This document shows positions 20,023-30,770 of a DNA stretch of 64,000 nt, piece after piece. Location of the stretch: positions 96,001 to 160,000 of the forward strand of contig JBMNIF010000001.1 in assembly GCA_050950765.1 (NCBI GenBank), in the 5' to 3' direction. The stretch is from Bdellovibrionota bacterium (GTDB lineage Bacteria; Bdellovibrionota_C; UBA2361; JAAYZI01). The translations under genes were made by a program, and so were the position numbers. Under the pieces are notes generated by a model that saw only the letters and a program-made list of their open reading frames with translations, did not search any database and was not told the origin of the DNA. Position 1 is the stretch's first letter. Each line of letters opens with the position of its first letter.

Positions 20023-23000
20023 ATGGAAAAAGAAAGGATGATGAAGGTAAAAGCAGTAGTGTTTTTATTGGCTCTAATCTTACTACTGCTAATTGGTGTC
20101 CCGAACTTTTTTAACTTTACCTCTAATGCTCCTAATAACGTTCCTAGCTCTGGCGGTGAGAAGTTAGAGATAGGAACTGCCCTCTTACCCGCAACACTAC
20201 CGTTTGACCTCACTACTAAAAAGGGAGGAGAGGTTGTAAAGTGCACTAACTTTAGCGAGACTTTAGACGCTACTGTTTCAATAACTGTAATCGGTGCTAA
20301 AAATGAAGTTACAACTGAAGATATCTCTATTAAAGCAGCTTCTGAAGAAGTTTTCGATATTAGACAGATTGCAGGATTTAAAAAGAAAATTAAAAGGTCA
20401 AAATACGGTATAATTGATTTTAACTCACAAGATAAAGATGTAAGTTGTGAGATAATCAATTATGACTATCAGTATCGTGATATTTTAAAAGATGTTTATA
20501 GTACCCGTTCAGTTGGAAGAGACGACATCCTCTCTGGAGAGAGTTACATTATCGCAAGCCCTCATATCTATAAAAAACCCCTTGATCTAAAAACCCTCAT
20601 TATTCACAACACTGCTTCAGAGCCGTTAAACCTAAATATTACAGGATACTCTAATGTAGGAAAGAAGATTCTAGGAAAGGATAACGTTTCAATCCCTCCT
20701 TATGGCAGATACGCCTTAAGAGTACGTAATTCTGCCCACGCCACATATCACCTTACACCTAACGTTACAGAAGGGGCTGCTACACCTCAATATGTAGCTT
20801 ATTTAAAGGTAACCTCTAATGCCCGTGAGTCTGCTCCTTATCAGAAAGTACACTTTATAAAACCGAGTAAAACCTTTGAAGAGAGCGCTCTTTTCCCTGC
20901 AAAAGGGGTGCTAGTTGTTTCAAATATAAGTTCAGCTCCTACACTATTTAACTATGAAGTTTATACGAAAGGTTTAAAGGTTTATGAAGGTACAGAGTGG
21001 GTTTTACCGTATGCACAGAGGTACTTGGATTTAAAGAAACAACTTAAGAAGTTAGATAAACCAACGATAAAACTTATCCCTGAAAATCAGTTTCGTCCTA
21101 AGGTATGTGATAGTGAAGGTAATTGTGTAACCTCCATGCAGCGGGGACTCCTCGTAGTTAATCAGTATGACAGTGTAAAACGGAATCCGTACCAAGTTTT
21201 TGATAACCGCTATTATAACGGCACCTCTTTATTTGCTACATTTGATAATACCTTAAAGGAGAAGACAACATTACAGATAGTTAACTCAAACCCTAAAGAT
21301 GCGGAGGTATCTTTACTGATAAATCAGGGTGGTGATTATAAAGAGTACGGCTATACACTTGGAGGGAGCTCAACTTTAACCGTAGCATTAAGAAAACTAG
21401 TTAAGAAAAACACCTTAGGTTATATCCTCTTTTCTTCAGATAAGGCTATTACAGTACATGTTCGTTCTTTTTATAAGGGAGGTTCAAGTAGAGAATACTT
21501 TGCTATTCCGTTAGAGAACTTAGATAGTGATTTTGTTAGTGATAGTAGCTTTAGAGATAATACCTTACAGGAGAGTTTTAACTTTAGCTCCGCCGTTACC
21601 TATTCAAAATTACCTGTAACGTGTTTTAAGTATGCTGGTTTTAAAGACAGTGATGGTGATGGTTTATGTGACCACGAAGAGGCGGTAATCGGTTCTAATC
21701 CTAGAAAAGGAGATACAGATAACGATGGTATCTCTGATGGTGAAGAGCTTTATCACTATTTTTCATCACCTCTTTTAAAGGATAGTGATAACGACGGTTA
21801 CTCTGATGCAGAGGAGATTGAAGCGGGAACAAGACCCTACGATGCGAATGTTTTTCCTGAAAGAGAGCTTGGAGATTTAACTATTCGTTTTGATAGTATA
21901 GGGCAGGTTATGAAAACCCGTCCACCTATCTCTTATGCTTTAAACTCTGCACATACTTGGCCAGGAAATACATTTAAAAGTAGTGATTGGGAGTATCCAA
22001 GTATTACGGCGCTGCTGCCTTTTGGAAGCTATCACCACGTTAAACTTTACAATAAAATAGCAAGTGGAGAAACTATTACCTATGCTGTTATAGATAAGAG
22101 AGAATCTAAGACTACACGAAAAAATTTTTCTCGGGATGATGTTGCAAAGCTTACACGGATGTATATTGAAGCTTATTTGGGGATGATAAGAGACGTTATA
22201 AAAAATGCTTCCTGTAAAGTTATAGATGTGACATATGCAGTTGATGCTGGTCATATAATGAGTTTTCCAGATATTAAAATATCTCTCCGTGATACAATAC
22301 CGTTATTTCCGATTGAATATAACGAAGTTGGACGTTCTTATGCTATATGCCAAAATAATTCTGTCACGTTATATCGAGTAGGTATCGCGCCTTTTTCTAA
22401 AACAGAGCAGACACTTGCACATGAGCTTGGGCATAAGTTCGGTTTAGATGATTTATATTCACCAGGAATAAGGAGGATGGCTCCTAAGGGTATGATGGGA
22501 TGCGATAGCCCCTGCATGACAGATTTTGATGTGCTTAATATCTATATTAGAAGCATTATGCAGCTAACTAATTTTAGCCTCTCTTACTCTGATATTATTC
22601 AAGAGCATCTAGTAAATTGTTCTACAGATTCTGCACCTGACGGAGTAAAGATAGTTTTTGAATATAATGGTGAAGTTCAAGAAACACCCTGCCTTAAAAA
22701 AGATGAGATAATAGTCAGATCTCCTCTGGCTCCTGCAAAAGAAGATACTGATAAATATAAAAAGTGCGCATTAACTGCATTAAACAACACCCAACCAGAA
22801 GAGATCTTTCCTGTTAAGGTATTAAGCCAGAACTGTCTTGCTACTGATGATAATTGCAATAATAAGGAAGTTAAGTGCCGAGCAGAGTATATGACCCATT
22901 ATAATAACGATTGTTCTTCTTTTGATGGTGAACAGAAGCAAGCCTGTGAAGATACTAATAGTTCTAAGAGAGCTTTCTATGCTTGTAAGATAAGGAATTG

Positions 23001-25572
23001 TAAAGACCTTTTACTAGAAAATAACTCTTTTAATTTAAGCGTAATGCGTTGCGATATCTTTTATTGTGAAAAGAAGATGGCAAATTTTCAGGATGCCGTA
23101 GAAAATTATCATAAAAAATATGGAGATAAGTATCATTACCATACCTGCGAAAAAGGCACATGCCCAAGTAATCAACATAAAAAATATATAAAGCCTTGGG
23201 GGAAAAACTTATGTCAGTGTAGTAATAGTAGGTGTAAGGAAGGAACGTTTTTAATTGAAAGCCCTGATAAAGATGGTAATGATCTCTGTTGTCCGCGTAA
23301 TGATGATAAGTATTGTAAAACACTAACAGGGGAGCTTGGAGCTACTTGTTGTCCTGCTAGTTGGAGTTGTATTAAAGATCACTTTAATGATACCTCTAAC
23401 GGAAGGAAAGTCTGCTGCGATAAGCCGTTTACAGATCCTAGTGGAACTACATTTTGTTGTGATAGTAAAAGAGCCCAAAAACTTCCAGCATGTAGATGTG
23501 GTGGTAAATATCAGATCTTTACATCTTCTAAAAAAACTGACTACATCTGTTGTAAAGATAAAAACGCCGTAGCTTGTAGCGGAAAATGTTGTAACGGTAT
23601 CTGTGATAATGGTAAATGTTGTGGGAAAAATAAGATAAATTGTGGTGGTGCCTGTTGTGCAAAGGGTAGATGCGCTCAGTCTCCCATAAAATCAAAGTGC
23701 TGTCCATCAGGAACGAATGCTTGTGGAGACCTCTGTTGTGAGAAGTGTAATGTTGTTAGATCTAGTAGTGATGTTGGTTATTTTTGTGAGGGGTGCCCAG
23801 AAGGGCAATATACCTGCGGAGGAAAGTGTTGTAAGCCAGAAGATTGTGAGAGGGCTTTAGTTCCTTTTCCACCAAGTGGGTTTAAATATACTTGCCATAA
23901 TAATTGCGGAGCAGATCAATACGAATGTCCTGATAGTGAAAGGTGTTGTCCACTAGATACTGAGTGTTGTGATAATACAGATGAAAAAGGTTGTTGTCCT
24001 AAGTGCCCCAGAGGGGATGTCTTTCTTGGAAGAAAAGATAATGAAAAAAGAGATCCTATCTGTTGTCCGGAATTAAAGCCATATTATAAAGGTGATGATA
24101 GTGAAGGAAATACAGTCTGCTGCAATGAAGATGAGATTAATTGTGGCGGAAGGTGTTGCGGAGAGGCGTATTGTGAAAACGAAAAGTGTTGTTCAGGAGA
24201 TACCCCTCATTATATCAGTAGAGTAAAGCCGAGTGCCGGAAAGTGTTGTAAATTTAAGTCAGACATTCTTTGTGGAGGTTCTGAGGTGCAGTGTTGTGCT
24301 AAAGGGCAATGTACCTCAGGAGATTGGGGAAGTCAGATCTGCTGCGCTGATACTACCCCTGATGGTAAAGAACAGATAGCTTGCGGAAAAGTTTGCTGCG
24401 AAAAAGAGTATTGCGAAGATGGAGTTTGTAAAACTCCTACGCCCACCCCGACTACAACGTCATCACCCACACCAACGCCGCACCCTGAGTGCGTTGATGG
24501 GATAGACTTTAATGAGATGACGGGAGAGTGTTGTCCATTAGACCTTCCTCACTATGCTGTTAAAGTAGGTTCTAATATAGGGCTATGTTGTAAATCTGAA
24601 ACAGAAGTCTTTTGCGGAGGAGTCTGCTGCGAGGTGCAGTATTGTAAAAATAAAAATCAAGTTTGTAGAACTCCGACACCAACTCCGACTACAACGTCAA
24701 CACCGTTTTACACACCAATCCCTACAAAGACTCCTACACCGTCAAAGAGTCCAACAGCAACACAAACACCTAGTGAGACGCCGCCACCTTTTGTAACAAA
24801 AACTCCGTTAAGAACGATAACTCCTACGGTAGTGCCATCTGGGACAGTAATACCTAGTAAGACTCCGACTATTACAAAAACTCCTACTCCAACAAAAACG
24901 GCTACACCAACGAAAACTCCGACAAAGACAAGAACACCTACAAAGACTCCGACGAAAACACCTACGCCGACGAAAACCCCTACGCCTACGCCGACGGTAA
25001 CAAAAACACCAACTCCTACACCTACATGCTCTGCGGGAGTAGACTTTAATGAGATTAGTCAAAGGTGTTGTTCGAAAGACCTTCCGCACTATGTCACTAT
25101 GAAAGATCCAGGTATTGGGATGTGTTGTAAAGGTGCAACAGATACCCTTTGCGGAAGTTATGAAGTACAGTGTTGTGCTAGTGGACAGTGCACTTCGGGA
25201 GACTTGGGAAATCAGACCTGCTGCGCTACTACTACCTCTAGTGGCAAAAAGCAGATCGCTTGCGGAAGTGTCTGCTGTGAAGAAATATATTGTAAAAACG
25301 GAGTTTGCAAAACTCCTACACCGACTCCAACGCCCACGCCCACACCTAAACGGACTGCAACGAAGACTCCAAGTGTAACAAAGACACCAACGCCAAGCGC
25401 AACAAAAACGCCTTCATTGTTCTACACACCTAGTGCAACAAGCTCTCCGTTCTGGGCCTATACACTACCACCAACCCTTTCCCCGTTCTTCTCACCAACC
25501 CCAATGCCAACACCGTTCTACACGGAGACAATAGGTGTGCCGACGCTATCCCCAACCTTCTGGGTATGGTAA
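20023..25572 (+). CDS. Giant exported protein: TSP3-like Ca-binding repeats, metzincin-like protease motif, Cys-rich repeats, Pro/Thr stalks
   Basis: N-terminal hydrophobic signal/anchor; [38 protein letters not shown] then GMMG; many CC doublets; (TP)n tracts. Confidence 0.85.
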   Translation: MEKERMMKVKAVVFLLALILLLLIGVPNFFNFTSNAPNNVPSSGGEKLEIGTALLPATLPFDLTTKKGGEVVKCTNFSETLDATVSITVIGAKNEVTTEDISIKAASEEVFDIRQIAGFKKKIKRSKYGIIDFNSQDKDVSCEIINYDYQYRDILKDVYSTRSVGRDDILSGESYIIASPHIYKKPLDLKTLIIHNTASEPLNLNITGYSNVGKKILGKDNVSIPPYGRYALRVRNSAHATYHLTPNVTEGAATPQYVAYLKVTSNARESAPYQKVHFIKPSKTFEESALFPAKGVLVVSNISSAPTLFNYEVYTKGLKVYEGTEWVLPYAQRYLDLKKQLKKLDKPTIKLIPENQFRPKVCDSEGNCVTSMQRGLLVVNQYDSVKRNPYQVFDNRYYNGTSLFATFDNTLKEKTTLQIVNSNPKDAEVSLLINQGGDYKEYGYTLGGSSTLTVALRKLVKKNTLGYILFSSDKAITVHVRSFYKGGSSREYFAIPLENLDSDFVSDSSFRDNTLQESFNFSSAVTYSKLPVTCFKYAGFKDSDGDGLCDHEEAVIGSNPRKGDTDNDGISDGEELYHYFSSPLLKDSDNDGYSDAEEIEAGTRPYDANVFPERELGDLTIRFDSIGQVMKTRPPISYALNSAHTWPGNTFKSSDWEYPSITALLPFGSYHHVKLYNKIASGETITYAVIDKRESKTTRKNFSRDDVAKLTRMYIEAYLGMIRDVIKNASCKVIDVTYAVDAGHIMSFPDIKISLRDTIPLFPIEYNEVGRSYAICQNNSVTLYRVGIAPFSKTEQTLAHELGHKFGLDDLYSPGIRRMAPKGMMGCDSPCMTDFDVLNIYIRSIMQLTNFSLSYSDIIQEHLVNCSTDSAPDGVKIVFEYNGEVQETPCLKKDEIIVRSPLAPAKEDTDKYKKCALTALNNTQPEEIFPVKVLSQNCLATDDNCNNKEVKCRAEYMTHYNNDCSSFDGEQKQACEDTNSSKRAFYACKIRNCKDLLLENNSFNLSVMRCDIFYCEKKMANFQDAVENYHKKYGDKYHYHTCEKGTCPSNQHKKYIKPWGKNLCQCSNSRCKEGTFLIESPDKDGNDLCCPRNDDKYCKTLTGELGATCCPASWSCIKDHFNDTSNGRKVCCDKPFTDPSGTTFCCDSKRAQKLPACRCGGKYQIFTSSKKTDYICCKDKNAVACSGKCCNGICDNGKCCGKNKINCGGACCAKGRCAQSPIKSKCCPSGTNACGDLCCEKCNVVRSSSDVGYFCEGCPEGQYTCGGKCCKPEDCERALVPFPPSGFKYTCHNNCGADQYECPDSERCCPLDTECCDNTDEKGCCPKCPRGDVFLGRKDNEKRDPICCPELKPYYKGDDSEGNTVCCNEDEINCGGRCCGEAYCENEKCCSGDTPHYISRVKPSAGKCCKFKSDILCGGSEVQCCAKGQCTSGDWGSQICCADTTPDGKEQIACGKVCCEKEYCEDGVCKTPTPTPTTTSSPTPTPHPECVDGIDFNEMTGECCPLDLPHYAVKVGSNIGLCCKSETEVFCGGVCCEVQYCKNKNQVCRTPTPTPTTTSTPFYTPIPTKTPTPSKSPTATQTPSETPPPFVTKTPLRTITPTVVPSGTVIPSKTPTITKTPTPTKTATPTKTPTKTRTPTKTPTKTPTPTKTPTPTPTVTKTPTPTPTCSAGVDFNEISQRCCSKDLPHYVTMKDPGIGMCCKGATDTLCGSYEVQCCASGQCTSGDLGNQTCCATTTSSGKKQIACGSVCCEEIYCKNGVCKTPTPTPTPTPTPKRTATKTPSVTKTPTPSATKTPSLFYTPSATSSPFWAYTLPPTLSPFFSPTPMPTPFYTETIGVPTLSPTFWVW

Positions 25573-25844
25573 GGGGCTTAATAAAATTTACGGAGGTTCT
25601 TCTTTAAACAGAGTCTTACATTATTTTGTTCGTTATCTCGCAAGAAAAAATCTTAAGATCGGATTTAAATTGTTGTGACTTAATATGTACATTTTAATCT
25701 GTTGTCGTTGACAAAAAGTAGTTAAAAGTACAAAGTTCCAACGAAGTTGATTTAGAGAGGATCCGCATGATTGTGTGACGCTACGTTTATGTAATCATGC
25801 GGATTTTCTTATATCTAGCCTTAATAATATCGGAAGAGGAATGT

Positions 25845-27242
25845 GTGGCTGTAATTGCGAAAAATAATATTCATAATGAAGGAGGCTTTAGTGATAGTGG
25901 CGAGGTGTCTGAAAAGAATACTAATTTAAAAGATGTAGCTACAATCTCTCAAAAACAACTCTTTTGGTTGTGGTTGCCGCTGGTTGCGACGTGGGCTCTG
26001 ATAGGGCTGGAGCTGCCTATGGCGCATATTATGTTAACACGCCTCCCGAATGTAGAAGAAAATCTGGCAGCTTTAGGTGTGGCGTTCTCCATTTTTATTA
26101 TCGTGGAGTCTCCGATCTTTTCAATGATGTCGGCAGCCACCGTCTTAGTCTCCGATAAAAAAGCGTATTACAAGTTGCGTAATTTTAATTTTTGCTTAGG
26201 TGCTACACTTAGTTTCTTTCTAACGTTGCTTTTGATACCAAGTGTCTTTAAGTTTTTGACGACTACAATTTTAGCGTTACCTGAAGACATTCTACACAAT
26301 GTTTGGTGGGCGTTATTACTGTATGTGCCGTGTCCATTCTTTGTTGGATACAGACGCTTTTATCAAGGTATACTCGTGCGTTCTGGGATGAACTCCAGAG
26401 TTGGTATAGGAACTATGGCACGTGTTTTCGTTTCTATCGGTTCTATGCTGCTCCTCGCCACCTGCGGTTTCCCAGGGGCAATTGTTGGAGTAGGGGGGTG
26501 TGTTAGCGGTATGCTTTTTGAAGCTGGTATTTCACGTTATATGGTAAGACCCGCCTTGAAAAAACTTCTTGCAGATCCAGCTTCGGAGAATACTTTAACT
26601 TACCCCTATATCGCTAAGTTTTATGTGCCGTTGGCATTAGCAAGTATTATGGGAACTGCCATCACACCCGTCTTGGTTTTCTTTTTAGCGCGAGGCTCCT
26701 TTCCAGTCGAATCTTTGGCGGTATACCCCGTTCTTTCGGGAATAATAAACTTCTCTGCTTCAGCTATAATCGGTCTACATGATCTTATGCTTGGAACACT
26801 AGGAGATAAATATGAAAATCTTTTACAACTAAAGATATTCACAAAGCGTGTCGCCTTTACGCTTATAGCTATTTTATCTATCTTGTTATTTACTCCACTT
26901 AAACTTCTTTTATTTGGAGTTATCTACGGATTGCCTGAAAACTTAATACATTTTGCTACCGATGCCGCTATCTTTATAGTTCTGTTTTTGATCACTGATG
27001 TTTATGCTTTTTATGTACGTGCAGTTTTGATTCGCGCCAGAAAAACAGCGATTGTTACCTTCTCCAGTGTTATGTTTTTGCTTTCAGTTTTTGTTTTGAT
27101 GATGCTTTTGATTGATCACACTTCAATTTACGGTGCTACTGCTGCTGTTATTGCATTAGTAATCGGAAATTGTATCGGGATAATGAGCTTTTTACCTGAA
27201 TACAAAACTACTCTAAAGAATATTCAGAGACTCGCACCTTAA
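25845..27242 (+). CDS. MATE/MOP-superfamily (ANKH-like) transporter
   Basis: About 12 TM helices in two related halves (FWLWLPLVAT / FYVPLALAS), RRFYQGIL motif; GTG at 25845 follows GAGGA. Confidence 0.75.
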   Translation: MAVIAKNNIHNEGGFSDSGEVSEKNTNLKDVATISQKQLFWLWLPLVATWALIGLELPMAHIMLTRLPNVEENLAALGVAFSIFIIVESPIFSMMSAATVLVSDKKAYYKLRNFNFCLGATLSFFLTLLLIPSVFKFLTTTILALPEDILHNVWWALLLYVPCPFFVGYRRFYQGILVRSGMNSRVGIGTMARVFVSIGSMLLLATCGFPGAIVGVGGCVSGMLFEAGISRYMVRPALKKLLADPASENTLTYPYIAKFYVPLALASIMGTAITPVLVFFLARGSFPVESLAVYPVLSGIINFSASAIIGLHDLMLGTLGDKYENLLQLKIFTKRVAFTLIAILSILLFTPLKLLLFGVIYGLPENLIHFATDAAIFIVLFLITDVYAFYVRAVLIRARKTAIVTFSSVMFLLSVFVLMMLLIDHTSIYGATAAVIALVIGNCIGIMSFLPEYKTTLKNIQRLAP

Positions 27243-27244
27243 AA

Positions 27245-27283
27245 GACATGCAAAAGGTGGTAAGAAAACGCCTTTTGCATGTC
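27245..27283. terminator. Hairpin between convergent genes
   Basis: gacatgcaaaaggtg...cgccttttgcatgtc 15-bp stem. Confidence 0.65.
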
Positions 27284-27303
27284 GGACTACTAGAGGTTAT
27301 CAG

Positions 27304-27669
27304 TTAAAAGCTTCTGATGAAATCGGTGATGCCCCAGACAGCACTGGTGGTGCCACGAACCTCGTTAATTCTGTTACGGATAGAATCATGACGATTCTTT
27401 TCGGCGTGACCTTCAACCCCTAAACGATGGTCTGCTACGCCTAAGACGGCATGTTGAGAATCTGCGTTGTTTTTAACGATCTCGTTTTGTAATCCGGTAA
27501 CGACAACCTGTTTCTGTAATGCGGCGACGTTTTGAGTGTTCGGAATACCACCGTTAAATGCAGCAGCTTCTGCTGTATATTGACTGGTAGCAAGTTGACT
27601 ATATCCAGTACATCCGGTAGCAAAACAAACGAGAGCAAGTGAGAGGTAGTATTGAACCTTTTCCCCCAT
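27304..27669 (-). CDS. Hypothetical lipoprotein
   Basis: Hydrophobic leader with lipobox-like ATGC; 121 aa. Confidence 0.65.
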   Translation of the reverse strand: MGEKVQYYLSLALVCFATGCTGYSQLATSQYTAEAAAFNGGIPNTQNVAALQKQVVVTGLQNEIVKNNADSQHAVLGVADHRLGVEGHAEKNRHDSIRNRINEVRGTTSAVWGITDFIRSF

Positions 27670-27778
27670 AAAAACGGGTGGTTATGTTTGCACTTGGTGT
27701 TGAAAAAAATAATTAGGCGCTAGTTCTGCAAAAGATTTTTTTTAATCGGTGTCATCCATCAGGGTTAGAGACTTCATC

Positions 27779-29665
27779 TTAAGCGGAGAGCCCGTAAATC
27801 TGAGATACTAAAGCATCAATTTTAAGATCTAATGTAGAGGAATTATCTTTAGCGTTAAGCCGTTCTTTTGCCAGTGCGGAAAGAGCTTCAATATGAAGTT
27901 TAAAATCTTTAGGGATAGGAAAATTGTGAAGATCGGCAGCGACGATTTTAGGGAAAAGATTACGCTGCGACTTTCGACCTTTTAATAATATAATCAAGGA
28001 GCCTAAGTTTGAATTTAAAATAGTAAGTAGTGCCTGTAATGCAGCGGAGCTATTTTCTCCCCGTTGAGAGATATGCAAAACAGATTTATTGTAAAGATAT
28101 GGCGTATCAACATAAGTAGCATAAAGCATGTAGGGGCGTGGTGCTAAAATTTCACGTAAGATAATACGAGGTCTAGTATAACGCTCTAACGGTTGAAACT
28201 CTGCTAAGCAGGGGCCGTGCTTTAGATATGACCCCGACCATTGTACGGCGTAACGTGTGATGTCAGCACCTTCTAAGTACGGTAAAAAATCAGGGCTGTC
28301 TTTTGTTCTTGAGTGATAGATATGATTTTTTACATCCTCTGCGCTTTGTGGAGGTGTGCCTTGACCTGTGGCGTAGGCTTGTAACGCAATGGCTGGTACA
28401 AAACCGAACTGAGTAATAGCGCTACATGAAGATCTTATTTTTCTTAGGAGATCTTCTGCATTATCAAACCAGAAAGTGGGGATGCGTGATCCGAATTCGT
28501 CTAAACAGACCTGATGTGAAATGCTAAAACTTTCTTTTTTCGGGATCTCGTCTTTAGATTTAGCATTAAAGATCTTTATAGCAGAGGTTGGCAAATCCTT
28601 TACTACTTTAAAGATAACCGTTTCAACACCGAGATTACGGAAAACAGGTTTCTCAAAAGTTATTAACTCATGTAAAGAGGTGTCAGTTAAGAAACGTTTG
28701 CGAATAACACTCCCGCCATCTATACCGAGCCAAGCATTAGGAACAATAAAGGAGAGAGTCCCGCCGCTCCTTAAGAGATCATAACTTCTAAGCATAAAGG
28801 CGATGTACTTATTAATCTTACCTGATGAGGCAGTGTTGTATTTTCGTAAAAGGCAGGAGTTTTCATGCTCTGATAACTGTTCATTACGTTTTAATCCGTA
28901 AGGAGGGTTGCCGATAATGTAATAAAACCCGCCTTGCTGCATAATTGCAGGAAATGAAGCTTCCCAGCTTAGAGCATCAGGGAGTTCATGGGATAGGGAA
29001 AAATCATCTTCTGGAGAAAGTAAGGAATTTCCACAAACGATATTTTTTGAAAGGTCTATAAATGGCAAATTAGCGCAAGAACCTTCTTCAAAAAGTTTGC
29101 AAAGAAGAAGTATTTTACAGATCTCAACAGTGGCTCTCTCCTTATCAACACCGAAAATTAAATTTTGTAAAAGTGTTACCTTCTTATCAAAAGTTTTGTT
29201 GCTTGATTTAGAAAAAAGAAAATCCAACGCTTCAAGTAGAAAAATACCAGATCCACAAGCTGGGTCTAAGATCTCTTTATTAGTATCACTTGTTATTGTG
29301 TTGTGTATGATATGGCGTACAACGGGAAGGGGGGTGTAAAAAACCCCACCTTTTTTTGATTCGGTAAGTGTTAAAGTGTCTTCCCAAAGTATGCTTAAAT
29401 CACCCACTGATAAAGAGCGAGACCTCTGTTCTGCGCTAAGAAGATCTTCAATAGAAAGGTCTTCCTTTGTAGTAAAAAAGATATCTGTTCTGAAAAAATT
29501 ATTTAAAGTGTCAAAAACTGCTAAAACTTGAGATGGTTCTTTAAAAGATGGTGCTGTTACAATGTAAGGAAAACGATAGGCGATAAAGTTTGCTAAAAGA
29601 AGAAGAAAAGATTGACGTTTTAATCCACCCTCTGTTTTTTTATTACTTGTTGCTTGATTCTTCAT
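27779..29665 (-). CDS. N6-adenine DNA methyltransferase (Eco57I/TaqI-like gamma class) with C-terminal specificity domain
   Basis: GVFYTP, LDPACGSGIFL (motif I), GNPPY (motif IV), FIVPNAWL, C-terminal PRIILRE...ILNS. Confidence 0.9.
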   Translation of the reverse strand: MKNQATSNKKTEGGLKRQSFLLLLANFIAYRFPYIVTAPSFKEPSQVLAVFDTLNNFFRTDIFFTTKEDLSIEDLLSAEQRSRSLSVGDLSILWEDTLTLTESKKGGVFYTPLPVVRHIIHNTITSDTNKEILDPACGSGIFLLEALDFLFSKSSNKTFDKKVTLLQNLIFGVDKERATVEICKILLLCKLFEEGSCANLPFIDLSKNIVCGNSLLSPEDDFSLSHELPDALSWEASFPAIMQQGGFYYIIGNPPYGLKRNEQLSEHENSCLLRKYNTASSGKINKYIAFMLRSYDLLRSGGTLSFIVPNAWLGIDGGSVIRKRFLTDTSLHELITFEKPVFRNLGVETVIFKVVKDLPTSAIKIFNAKSKDEIPKKESFSISHQVCLDEFGSRIPTFWFDNAEDLLRKIRSSCSAITQFGFVPAIALQAYATGQGTPPQSAEDVKNHIYHSRTKDSPDFLPYLEGADITRYAVQWSGSYLKHGPCLAEFQPLERYTRPRIILREILAPRPYMLYATYVDTPYLYNKSVLHISQRGENSSAALQALLTILNSNLGSLIILLKGRKSQRNLFPKIVAADLHNFPIPKDFKLHIEALSALAKERLNAKDNSSTLDLKIDALVSQIYGLSA

Positions 29666-29796
29666 GGTGATTAAGTTAAACGCTGCAAAAAAAACATATT
29701 GAATATTACGGGGATAGTATTTAAAAAAATGAATACTTACAAGTTGTTTGCTCTTACCTTAGAGTATGATATTAATCGGAAGAGGGGTATTTTGAT

Positions 29797-30735
29797 ATGG
29801 CAGATTCAACAAAAGATGGGCACATTCTCCTGTTCTTTCTAAAAATAGCGGTTTTTTTACTATCTCGATTTCCGTATCTTACGCGAATTAAAATTCTTAC
29901 GGCATTGATACGTTTCGGTGTGGCGTGCTCGCCGAGTCATAAACGGGTAGCACATAAAAATTTAAGTTTTGTATTCCCAGAAAAAGATGCCGCATGGCGT
30001 GAAGAGATTATTCGCAAACACTGTACAGTGCTGGCGCAGCTCCTTGTAGATTTCTTTCGTATCCCCTCTTTAGATGAAGAGTGGGTTAAAAAGCATATGA
30101 AATTCCCAGAAATGCAACGTTTTACTGAAGTCGTCAGGGCAGATCCTAATAAAGGTGCCTTCATTATGACGGGGCATATAGGATCTTTTGAATTAGCGCC
30201 GCTTGCTTCCGCAATGGGGCAGGCACCTGTCTGCATTATCGTACGTGATATGAAACAAAAAGCGGTAAATGAGTGGTGGAATGCCTTTCGTTGTACTCAC
30301 GGAAACACCGTTCTCTCTCGTAACGGTGCTGTAAAGGGTATGATCAAGAGGATAAAAAAAGGTCAAGATATAGGCTTTCTTTTTGATCAAAATGTAACAC
30401 GGAATAATGCTATCTTTGTTAATTGGTTTGGTCGTTTAGCAGCAACTTCTGAAGCTTTCGGACAATTAGCGATGAGGCTTAAAACACCTGTTGTTATCAT
30501 TTGCGTCCGTACGCGTGGTGTAGATGACTATGAAATCCCATTTTACCATGTACAAACAGATGATCTTTATAATGATGAAACTATCACTATTGATGAAGGC
30601 GCTAGAATCATAACTGAAAGATCTGTGGCAATTATGGAAAAAATAATTAAAGAAGAGCCTGAAGCTTGGTTCTGGTTTCATAAACGTTGGAGAACCACAC
30701 CTTCAGAAGATATCCCAGAAGATTTTTACGATTAA
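29797..30735 (+). CDS. lpxL: Lipid A biosynthesis acyltransferase (LpxL/HtrB family)
   Basis: GHIGSFE (HxxxxE), FLFDQ, WFWFHKRW motifs. Confidence 0.85.
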   Translation: MADSTKDGHILLFFLKIAVFLLSRFPYLTRIKILTALIRFGVACSPSHKRVAHKNLSFVFPEKDAAWREEIIRKHCTVLAQLLVDFFRIPSLDEEWVKKHMKFPEMQRFTEVVRADPNKGAFIMTGHIGSFELAPLASAMGQAPVCIIVRDMKQKAVNEWWNAFRCTHGNTVLSRNGAVKGMIKRIKKGQDIGFLFDQNVTRNNAIFVNWFGRLAATSEAFGQLAMRLKTPVVIICVRTRGVDDYEIPFYHVQTDDLYNDETITIDEGARIITERSVAIMEKIIKEEPEAWFWFHKRWRTTPSEDIPEDFYD

Positions 30736-30770
30736 ATAAGTTTTTGCAACTGAATTAAAATTAGATAAAT

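Noticed and set aside
24430..25560. Short-period DNA repeats (ACTCC/ACGCC-like) as a non-coding repeat array
   Set aside because: Explained by Thr-Pro codons with varied third positions inside the giant protein
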